Below, one piece after another: positions 13,601 to 23,700 of a DNA stretch of 64,000 bases (position 1 is the stretch's first letter; each line of letters starts with the position of its first letter). The notes below the pieces were generated by a model. It was not told where the DNA came from. It was given only the letters and a program-made list of their open reading frames with translations, and made no database searches. Origin of the DNA: Amphiscolops sp. MND2022 (Eukaryota); contig OZ076415.1 in assembly GCA_964187785.1 (NCBI GenBank), positions 18,910,001 to 18,974,000 on the forward strand, given 5' to 3'. The position numbers and the translations under genes are program-made.

Positions 13601-14731
13601 AAGACGACAACAAATAAACAATACAACATAGAACCTCCATATAGAGAACAATTATCAAAAAAAAAACAAAAAAAAAGAGAGAAAGGAAAACAAACAAAAA
13701 GGAGGAGGAAACGATATTACCACAAAGGAAGAGAAACAATGCTGTACGAATAACCATCAAACCATACTTACTAGCTACAAATGGATCCATGGCATGTCTC
13801 TCAGTGTCTGACTCGACAACCGGTCGCCGCCCTGGAATCAGTGATAGAGTTTTACTGGTAGTAGGTTCAGCGACTTCTTCATCTCCACTGCTGCGCACAT
13901 CGAACTGAACATGCCTACCACTGCTTTGTGACGTACCCGGACGAAGTTGCAGCAACTTTCCACACTGCCCAAATGACTTTTCTTTTTCGGGAGCGGCCAG
14001 TAAAGCTAATACACAATAGCAACCATTATTAAGCAGCACAATAAAACCGACTATGGGAAACTAACTTACATAAATCAACAACCAAAACCAACAGTCAACT
14101 CACTCACCACGTTTGGAAGCAGGAGAACTGACTCGACTGCCGAATGACTGACTGAAACCAGGCAAGAAATCACTGAACCGTGGAGAAGACGTCTTTGCAG
14201 CAACATCATCTCCTGGCGTTGTTTCTATTTGCTTGCTACTTCCTTGAAGAGGGGGGGACAGATACTCACCTCCGCGAGTCTCTGAAGCTACGGAAGAACG
14301 AATCTGCTGTGCGAGAGCTCCCAAAGTCATGTCCAAATCGTCAGACTGACAAACAACAGAGTCACTAATGACAGAACCAACTCCACCAACAGAAACCCGA
14401 GTAGGACCACTTGGGAGAGAAGTTTCCAGAGTAGAGGCGAGAACACCACCAGCAGGGGACGGAATAAATGGCCCAGAAACTGAAATAACATTCCCGTATT
14501 GACGCGTCAGAATATCTAAGCTGTGAAAATACGAAACAGAAAAGGCCTATCTGAGAGTAGTATTATTCATAAAAGCTTAATGGTCCGGGGAATGACAAAC
14601 CCACCTGTTGCCTGCCGACGAACAATATCGCCATCACTCTGGTAGATGTCTCCCTCAGAGAACACGAATTGGGTTTCATTGCCGCTCTGAGCGCCGGTGT
14701 CACGAGGGGACGGAGGAGGCTCCTGATCCAT
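10661..14731 (-). CDS. Antisense 7-exon gene inside Gypsy-1, about 1120 aa, hAT-transposase-like with BED-like zinc finger; two lesions in this copy
   Basis: Exons 14731-14605, 14515-14108, 14005-13772, 13571-12985, 12854-12234, 12099-12018 and 11972-10661. Six GT-AG introns whose phases all preserve the frame. Lesions: in-frame TAA at 13015-13017 and a 1-nt deletion near 11917-11922. FHCMICQRDVSMESRGPAEFARHFFGKRH finger at 13318-13407. Confidence 0.8.
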
Positions 14732-14784
14732 CTCAAAATAGCAGAAATCTGGAAAAGAGAGGATATGAAAACAACAATCAAAAC

Positions 14785-15080
14785 TGACGTCACCATAACG
14801 GTGACAAAAATGAAAGTTGGCTAATCACCAACGAAATTGAATCGGCATAACGTCGACAAAAAGGTTATCAGGGTTAAGAAATTAATCCTATATCCTAAAA
14901 TGACGTCATCAAAACGGTGACAAAATCAAAAGTTAGCTAAGCTAACGAAAATGACGTCAGCATAACGTTGACAAATTTGGCCAAGTAAGTTATTTCAATT
15001 TACAGCCAATAAAATGCGATGTCGACATAACGTCAACATCTGAAGATTAAAAAGGATTAAAATATTTGAACAGCCAATCA
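14785..15080. promoter_or_regulatory. Putative bidirectional internal promoter with repeated 17-bp palindromes, TGACGTCA and CCAAT boxes
   Basis: Lies between the divergent starts at 14731 (-) and 15193 (+). Five GTCnnC-N5-GnnGAC-like copies, three overlapping TGACGTCA, and two CAGCCAAT. Confidence 0.5.
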
Positions 15081-15192
15081 GAATGGAGAAAAGTTTCCAA
15101 TATTCTCCTTAACCCAAATTAAAGCAGGAGCTCATTGTGGAACAATTAAATACAAACGACAGCTGCAAAAGAAAAGAAACCTCACAAAGAAG

Positions 15193-15898
15193 ATGAATAA
15201 TTTACTAGACATTTACGAGTTGATCGACATTTCATCGTCAAGCGAAGAAGAAGGCGAGATCACAAGAGCTTCTACCCCGTTACCGAGGGCCAACAAAGAG
15301 TACCCCAGAATAATTGTCGAAATACTGAACTCGTCAGCGGAAGCTACTGCAGATGAAGAAGAATTCCTCGACCTTTCTCTAGACTCCCTGGAATCTGAAT
15401 GCAAAAGAATGAAACTCAGTGAACCCTACACGAGCTTCGAAACAGTAGAATCGGGTCAGTACCCTCAGTCGGAAAGCCCCGAAGAAATAGTAATGGCCGA
15501 CTCCCCAGAGAGCCCAGATGAAAGCTTGTCATCCGACATATTTGTTGTCGAAACATCGGCAAATGATAAGGAGTCGATAACGAGCAGTAAAGTAGCAGAA
15601 TATCTCGAAAAAGTGCACCAGGAAGACGCTTCTTCTTACTTAAACACCCCGCCGGGAACGCCAAGAGATAAATTTCTTGCAGGCAAGCCCTTTGAATGAC
15701 TTGGAGAGGAGAGTACAGACGAACATCACTACTCCAACAATCGCCTCACTGCTCAGAGCCCCGGGCAGCGTCAATCTTCTTACAAGAGCGGCCCTGTCAC
15801 AGCCCGCTCCCGGTCTGGCTTGTGGTTGCCGACGGCTGAAGATAGGGAGAGGACATGGAAGCAATCTGAGATTCCCCAAATCTTATTTTAACTGGTAA
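15193..15898 (+). CDS. Acidic, Ser/Glu-rich extra ORF of Gypsy-1 (about 234 aa after removing one inserted base), ending inside the 3' LTR
   Basis: ORF 15193-15699 and overlapping frame 15677-15898 join if one T is removed from CCCTTTGAAT. The last 104 nt lie in the LTR. Confidence 0.55.
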
Positions 15899-18240
15899 AT
15901 CTAAAACTTTATCTTTGAAATAAACTGTGACTAGAAATGTGAAAATACATCTAAACCGCGCAAACTTCAACTGGAAATGAAAACAGAGAACCAAATGAAC
16001 CAAAATGATTTCACGCATTTCCGGTAAGACGTATTTGTCACGTCAAAATAGCAACATTCGCCACCTGGAAACTAAATTGAATTACATTCTAAAACAAAGA
16101 AAGCATGGTCTAATCTAAATGAAAACGTAGTCAAAATCATCTCCCAAAAGAACATTACTCAGATCTAAAATAGAAAATACACTGAGATGGCACACCGATT
16201 GGTTTAAGCCTTTTTCTTAGAAAGGCAGCTTAATTACTCTTTGAACAGCATTTAAAGTGGTTTAGGACGTCAATACTGCGCTGAGTAAACAAAGCGGCAA
16301 AAGAAATAAGAATACATGTATATTTGTCGTCAGTAGGACGCAGACAAGTTTGAAGGCATACATATTGACGTCACTGCCTCGCATACGCGTACCAGCAAAT
16401 CATTCCAATTATCCGCCTATACTAATAACATTGCTAGGAATCATTCCAATTTACCGCCACTGTGACGTCACTGCACCGGCAGCTAGCCAGAGACTCATTT
16501 CTAAAATACTCGACAGCATTGCGTCAGACTAGTCAAAATCTCTATTCTGCCAAGAAAACTTGTCAACATGAAGTTGACAAGTTTATGAAGCTTAAATTCT
16601 GCCAAGAAAACTCGTCAACATGACGTTGACAAGTTTATGAAGCTTAAATTCTGCCAAGAAAACTCGTCAACATGACGTTGACAAGTTTATGAGATTGAGC
16701 AAAATGAATGAATTTGCAAGATCAGTTAAGGTTTCATCGCACTAAAGTTGCTAACATGCTAAAAGAAAATGATTGCAGGCTATTTCAATTCGTAAAATAA
16801 GTGTAGATGCGGTATTCCCTATAACTTAAAGTACCAACTTAAAGTAGTTTCGACACATATAGGATAGTTTAATTCCACGATAATTGATCGTCTCGCAGTT
16901 ATCAACTTCGAGGAAATTCCATTACATAAATCATTTTTCCTCTATAGGAGTTCATAGTAAAACAATCAGAAAGTCACAGTTTATGCTTTCAACTAAAGTA
17001 TATTTTGTACTGAAAATGTATTTTCATATACTTCGCATTTTTGTACTCTATGTTATTGAACGCTATATTTATGACAAAGGTCATATTTTTCATACTAATT
17101 CAGTTGTTGCTATCCATTAAATGCGTTGCGTTGTCGTTGCTATTTAACAAACGTTGCTGTTAATTTTGTAAAACTTGTCGCAGTTGTCACGACTTGACAA
17201 ATTTACTAATGGTGCATTATTTTAATACCATGTTTTTTAATTCTATTTCCAACGAAAGGATGAGTCCAAATTCATAAATTATCGTCTTAGCATCGTTCAA
17301 ATAATCACTCTTTGGAATTAGTCATAGCATTTTGATCAAGCCGATATTCAAAATCAAGTATTTGTTGTTCACGTCAGCGTCATCTCAGCGTCAATTTCCC
17401 GCGAACCAAAGCAGTAAAACAGGGAAACATTTCCGGTTTGACAGACTGAAGTAATATCTACTTCCTAGTTGGGAGGAAGCAAAAGGACGCCGGGATGAAA
17501 TGATATGATCATGTTTGATGACTAATGCTAGTTTAAAATTGTCGTGTCTTAAAAATCGACGAAATGTCGACGCAAATTTGGGAACTTCGTGACTTTTTCA
17601 TCGATAAAACAGGAAATGACTAATTGTTCGAGGGAAATTAGGGATTATAGTCGTGATCAAATGATGCTGGGAGGGTATAAATATAATAGGATTTGATGAT
17701 TGAGGGACTCAGTCTTTTGCTAGTGCTACAACTCAGTTGTTCCAAACTTGCTATTCTCAAACTATTTTCGTTCTTCTAACCCTGTTGAAAATCAGAAAGT
17801 GAAAATTGAATTCTTCAAGAATAAATCTTTCTTCAACAATATGTCTACAACACGAAGCCAAAAGAGAAAGAATACCCAGCGAGAAGCTGATGATAACGTA
17901 AGTGAAGGTTTTGTATCACCAATAAATATGGAGAACTCTTGCCTTTTAGACCAAAACGTAGAATTAGCGGGTCCTTCAAGACCTAAGTCCCCGAGGGTAG
18001 AAAATAGCTTCTTGGAAAGCATAAGGTCCTCTCTGAAGGAAGAAATAACGCCCGAGATTAGGGCTCTTTTGCTCGAGTCTCAAAAGGAAATGTTGAAACT
18101 CTTGAGATCTGAAACGAAAGAAAACGCAAGGGATGAAGCATCAGAAGAGCTAGGAAATGAAACGCGAAACCTCTATACTCCGACGAAAACAGTGCGAATT
18201 AGTTCTACCCAAAACGAAGATCATAGTATAATTCGTAACA
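15795..18240 (+). repeat. 3' LTR of Gypsy-1 (2446 bp)
   Basis: Matches the 5' LTR. Has a 52-bp unit in three copies (16544-16692) versus one copy in the 5' LTR, and retains the uninterrupted gag N-terminus. Confidence 0.96.
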
Positions 18241-18245
18241 CAGGA

Positions 18246-19715
18246 TTACTCCAAGATACCATGAATCGCTTTGAAAAAGACAAGAACAAAAATAGCTTCC
18301 TGAAATCTCGAACAAGACATCTGTTTTTGTGATGTAGGCGCTAGAAGCTGCAATGAGGACTCCACAATGTTGACCTTTTGGCCTATCACTTCTGGAGATT
18401 ACATTGTAAGGAAGGTTGGAAAACAACGACTTGTTTTCAACAGAAGAATCGAGCCAGGTTTCTGTGAGGCAAATCAGAGTGGGGTTATTGATAGCCAAAA
18501 GTTTGCTGAGTCTGAGTCGTTTTTCAGGTGTCAAAATGCTCTATGCATTGAAGAGAAAAATTTTGAATTGAGACTGAGGTTCTAGTCAAGTTACCTCCGA
18601 AACATGACCATTTTTGATTCTATAACTTTTTCGAGGATTCTCGGCCTGTAGTCGACGTTTTTCTTCTCTTAGTTTAAACTGCATTTCACGCTCAGACTTA
18701 GTGAGATCAGGTTGGATGTATACGTTTTTGAAATTGAGAGATTCTCGCAGCTTTTTTGCCCTTTGAAGCAAGGCTTTTCGATGTTCACCTGAGTTGAACT
18801 TAATTTGTAGAATTTGAAATCCTGTTTCAGCATGAGCATTGCCAATTCGTCGGGTAATAAAGTCTTTCTCAGCTATTTTGACTTCGAGCTCGGTGCAAAT
18901 CGAAGTTACTAATTGCATGTCAGAGACAGAGCCGTCACCTTTGGTCCCCGTGAGGATCAGGTTTGAGCTTTTCTGTTCAATTATTTTCTGTTCCGATAAC
19001 AATTCCTTAGCAGTCTGAGTACGCGAGCAATTTTCTTCCTTCAGGCTTTTACCAAGGCAGCTGCATAAGAATGTTTATTCTGAAGAGGTGGTGATGCAAG
19101 CAGAAGCCGCAGACGAACTTTTTGTTGCTCGTATCATAGTCAGAAGGAACATTTATTTTAGTCCAAACTGGACAGTTATCATTTGAACACTCAATCAATT
19201 TATCAACAAAGACAATCTCCTCGTCCTTTTTGTTGGTTTTCTTTTTACGCGCAATAGTTTTTCCAACTCCAGTGGAACTTGAACAAGAACCTTTGGAAGT
19301 AAGACAAAGCAAAAGCTTGAAAATCCGGTGGAACTTAAAAAAGAACCTTTGGAATCTCAAGCTTGAAACTTATAGATCTTGAACAAGAATCTTTGGAAAT
19401 TAAGAGGGCGAATGCTCAACTTTTCAAAGCCCAACAATCACAAGTACAGTTTCCCGTGCAGTTGAAAATAGTAAGATGACCAGCTTTGTCAACTTCTGAG
19501 ATGTAGTTGCCGTATAAAATTTTGTTCTTCAGGATAGATTTCACACAGCTCAGTGCTTGGCTGTTGAGGTGGACTTGATCACACTTGAGATGCTTCTGAT
19601 CATAAATGTGTTTCGCTGAGCCCCGGAAGAGCCAAGGTTTCACTGCTGCAGTGCGATTGAAGTAATTCAATCGCGGAGTCAAACCGATGTCAAGGCATGT
19701 CACGGTTGTGGATGA
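18246..19715 (-). mobile_element. LINE-A 5' part: endonuclease N-terminus, ORF1 (PHD-like and RRM-like) and C-terminus of an upstream SGNH esterase ORF
   Basis: ICLTETWLD..RSDR APE motifs (18246-18534); ORF1 SSNLILTG..VYIQPDLTKSER (18586-19002); Cys-rich CSNDNC..CGFC (19049-19360); DQVHLN esterase block (19416-19703). Confidence 0.88.
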
Positions 19716-19717
19716 TT

Positions 19718-20288
19718 TTCAGCCAGCTGCCTGAATCAAGACTCTCTATGCATCCCGGGAACCACCGCCATCGATGCTGAAGCGCGTAAAATTGAGAAGT
19801 ATCGCGAATTAATAGACAATTAGATACATTTTTCTACCGGTGGCCTCGGAAGTACTGGGTTCTTTAGGCGAGAGCAGTGAAATTCTCATCACGCGTCTCT
19901 GTAAAGTGCTCTGTCGTTCGAACGACGATCAACGAGCTGGCAGCTTTTTGAAGCAACGGATTTCAAAGGCTCCAGATGGGCAATGCGGCCTGTGTTCTAT
20001 GAACTGTGAGCGACAGAGATGCGTTCGAAGAAATTTATTACATATAGCTTATTTTTTAAACCTCCATGTCATTGCAGCTTTAAAAAAATTACCGGTCGGC
20101 TGGGATAGTCGCTGGTATGAGTAGTTTGTTGGTTGTTTTTTCTGTTTCTAGTCTACTGGGATAGTGGCTGATATGGGGTTTCCTACTTTCGTTGCAGACC
20201 ACGGGTGTGTGTTTCCCCCCAACTTGATTATACACATGGCACTTGATTGATGACGAAGATCCCTGATAGCTGATAGAGGAATTTAAAA
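19718..20288 (+). mobile_element. 5'-truncated CRE-like non-LTR retrotransposon (restriction-like endonuclease C-terminus and 3' UTR)
   Basis: Degenerate PGTTAIDAEARKIEKY..PVASEVLGSLG..FLKQRIS..GNAACV peptide. A second copy lies at 58743-59630. Confidence 0.75.
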
Positions 20289-20758
20289 AATTGCTAGATT
20301 TCCACTTCACGACGAGCAATGTTAAACATTGTGATAATAATGCTGTAATTTGTAAATTTTCTTCCGCTTACCAGTTTTTTCAACATTTTTTATATGGAAC
20401 CGTTATTGACACTGCAAGGAAGCTCTGCACCTTGCAGCATATTCGATATCCTCTTCGATTCTTTCCGATTCGAGCTTGTTTTAACAACGGGCTCTTTTCG
20501 TATTCGTCCCAACATGAAAAATGGGTTCCAGTACGCACGGTCCCTTTTACGTTTTTGGAATAAACGAGAATTTTAGTTTAAATTCAATGTATTAGGATGG
20601 CGAATTAGCGTGTCTTGGCTGAAGACGTAATTCCCGCTTGCCTTTTAACATGGTATACACGGCACCAGAATAATTACGACGATCTGTGTCGTCTGTTAGA
20701 AAGTTGATTTGAAGTTTCATTGTTTCCCCACTGATCTTCAGTTGGTAATGTTTTCAAG

Positions 20759-23700
20759 ATGAATGGCGAGGCTGATCTCCATACAACCCCTGAAACACGG
20801 TGCTTGCCTAATATCTTGATTTGTGGTACCCCTGGTACTGGTAAAAGTACTTTGTCGCAAGCATTAGTAGAGTCTATTGGAAATGATGAATTCAAATATT
20901 GCAACGTGGGACAAATCGCGTCGGAGAATTCTTGTTTTGATGAATGGGATGATCAGTATGAATGTCACGTTTTGAACGAAGATTTGCTGTTGGATGAAAT
21001 GGAGCCCATGATGCACCCCGGAGGTTATCTTTTTGCACCTCAAGACAATTCTAATTTATGTATTATGCAAAGTGATGTTCAGAATATTGATATCGAAACT
21101 TCTGTTGATCCTTGGGTAGTTGTTTGCGTTGGGCGGAGCTGATGTAAAAGGTACTGTATTTCGAATCACTGAGACTACGGTAGTCTTGGCATTATGGCTT
21201 TTACTACTACTTCACTTTTTAATCGGACAGTTTTCTCAACTAGCAGATACTTGGTCTGGTTGCCCGGACTTCTTTTCGCTATTTTAGCTCGCTATCACCG
21301 TACTGTGGACCGGTCACAAAGTTTTTCCTAGAGCTCGAGTCTCCACTGCTTGAGGTTACAACGGGCCCAAGCTACTTGAGGCTCACCAATTTTCTGATTT
21401 GGCTCACCAAAAAATCGTACAGTGGAAGGACTCTGTATTTTTGATCTGGAAGAACTCTGCTTACGGAATAAAAATGGGCTAGGTTGTCATATGACATACA
21501 GAGTCTCTTTAAAATGATATATCTAAATTATTATCAATTTTGAATGATGATGATGATGATGACAATAGATGATTAGGTTTATCCTAATTTATGGTACAGT
21601 CAAAGGTTTGTTCGTATCCGCTTAATTATTGATATGGTTATCAGTATAGATATTGGTCTATAATTTTCAATATATGATTTATTACCTTTTTTGTTCACTT
21701 GGCTAATTTGGGATTGTTTCCAAATTTCGGGGAAGTTGATGTTTGTTTAATCTTGTAGAGTACTTGACTAAGAGATTCAGCAATTGTCGTTGCAATAGAA
21801 CGTTGAGGTATGTCGTCTGGACCGTTGGCTTTCTTTATATCTAAATGCTGACAAATGTTACTGATAGTTGTTTCTGATAGAGAGAGAGAAAGACTTTATT
21901 CTCATAGAGAAACCAAAAACAATTTAGCTAATACTTTTAAACAAAACACAATTCGAACAAGTACATACTATATAATAGGTACAAACAACGTCAATAGAGA
22001 ATGTTTTATTCAACAGAAATTTTTTAACAGCTGTTTCATCGCTCTTTTGAAATCCACTTATTATTTTGTGTCGGAAAAGGTAATTGGCCATAATCGCGCT
22101 CCTCGTGAAGAAAGAGTTCAGATTGCTCGAGAGGGTATTGGTCTTGAAAAAATTGAATGAGCATATTCGTCGCTGGTTGGTTGAGTCGTTAACGAGAAGA
22201 AATTTCCTGTAATCATATTGGTATTTATTGTTCATCAGTTGAGATAAAAAGATGAACGTTCTTAGCTCAATAAGGTGACAAATGGGAAGAATGGAGTGAT
22301 TTTTCAGTAGCTGTTGATAAGAGGTTTTGGTACCAAAAATCCATTTGAAGCATTGCTTTTGAAAATTTTCCATTATTTTCAAACGAGTTATATCGGGTGA
22401 CCAAGATGGGATCCCATATAAAAGAACAGATAACACTTGTGAGAAATAAAGGTTGAATTTTTTCTCTGATGGGGTTTGCCATGGAATCTTTTGCTTCAAT
22501 GAATAAAAACTCCTTTGGGCTTTTGCAACTCTCATCTGCACAGAATCCGTCCATTTAAGGCTATGACTAACAATGATTCCCAGATCCTTTGTATACTCAA
22601 CTTTTTTTAACAGACAGTCATTCATAGTAACAGAGGTTAACCCCTGAAATTTAAACAATTAGTTTTCCCGAGATTGGCAATCATTCCATTTGATAAGTTC
22701 CAATTGTAGAGACGTGTCAGGTCATTGTGGAAATTCAGTGAGGAGAAAAGGAGCTTAAGATCATCGGCAAACAACCAGATCATAGCGTCGAGAAAAATAC
22801 TCGGAAGGTCATTGATAAATATAAGAAAGAAAAATGGTCCTAGAACTGACCCTTGAGGGACTCCACTAGGTACTGACAGATGTTCGGAAAAATAGCCGTT
22901 CACATTGACAACTTGGGTTCTCCCATTAAGATAAGTTTCAAAAAGCAGGAGGAGCTCTGAATCAAACCCAAAGAGCTTCAGTTTAGATAATAAAATCTTA
23001 TGAGGGACTTTATCAAACGCTTTTTCGTAATCCAAATAGACAGAGAAAAGGGTGCTAGATTTATTGCGATACAGTGTTTCCAGATAGTCTATTAATTGAA
23101 GTACAGCATTTTTCCGAGATTGAAAGCCAAATTGTTTAGGGTGAAGTTGAGCTTTGCACAATCCAAAAAGATAAACGAAAAGCAGCCGTTCAAAAATTAA
23201 GATTTTTGACAATAAACTGATGGGACGGTAGTTTTCAATGCTGGCCTTGGATAAGCTTTTGTGCAAGGGTCTGATAAAGGCAACTTTCCATAATGCGGGG
23301 AAGATTTTGCAGCCAGTAATAGAGTAAAAAAGATACGCAAGAAGATCAGCAAACATTTGTGGAACCATTTTCAATAACTGACATGGAAAATAATCATTGG
23401 TGGGATAAGTTGACAATTTGATTCTCATTCTTTCAATCAGGATAAGATGTGGTCGAATAGAAAATTTGAAATCCTTGAGACTTATGAACTCCGAAGATGA
23501 ATATGCAACGCCAGTATAAGAACCGGTGTTGAAATTTTTTGCAAAGAACTTATTAAAACCGTTTGCAATATCGACAGGATTTTCAAGGCGTTCTTGGTCA
23601 AAGAACATAATCTTTGGATAGTCAGAGGACTTTAAACTTCTCAGCAGGTCGAAACAATCGGAGAGATTAGAAGTCATTGAACCATTAATGAAACAGATCT

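Larger units (their letters stand above)
2073..18240 (+). mobile_element. Full-length 16.2-kb Ty3/Gypsy LTR retrotransposon (Gypsy-1) with two extra genes, inserted in LINE-A
   Basis: Direct repeats 2073-4458 and 15795-18240 both start TGTCAC and end GTAACA. 5-bp TSD CAGGA at 2068-2072 and 18241-18245. PR-RT-RH-IN domain order. The LINE endonuclease frame rejoins across the site (..YLGVIL / FYLPGRTSD..). Confidence 0.97.

Noticed and set aside
10650-15190. An intact hAT DNA transposon nested in Gypsy-1
   Set aside because: No terminal inverted repeats or 8-bp TSD found around the antisense gene, and the catalytic motifs look degenerate. Not fully excluded.
15193-15898. env gene
   Set aside because: No signal peptide, transmembrane segment or furin-site pattern; the peptide is acidic and disordered.
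16544-16692. CRISPR-like array
   Set aside because: Head-to-tail repeats without unique spacers, in a eukaryotic LTR.
21024-21142. AK6 exon 1 extending to the stop at 21142
   Set aside because: The peptide after HPGG has no AK6 similarity; homology resumes at 34560.
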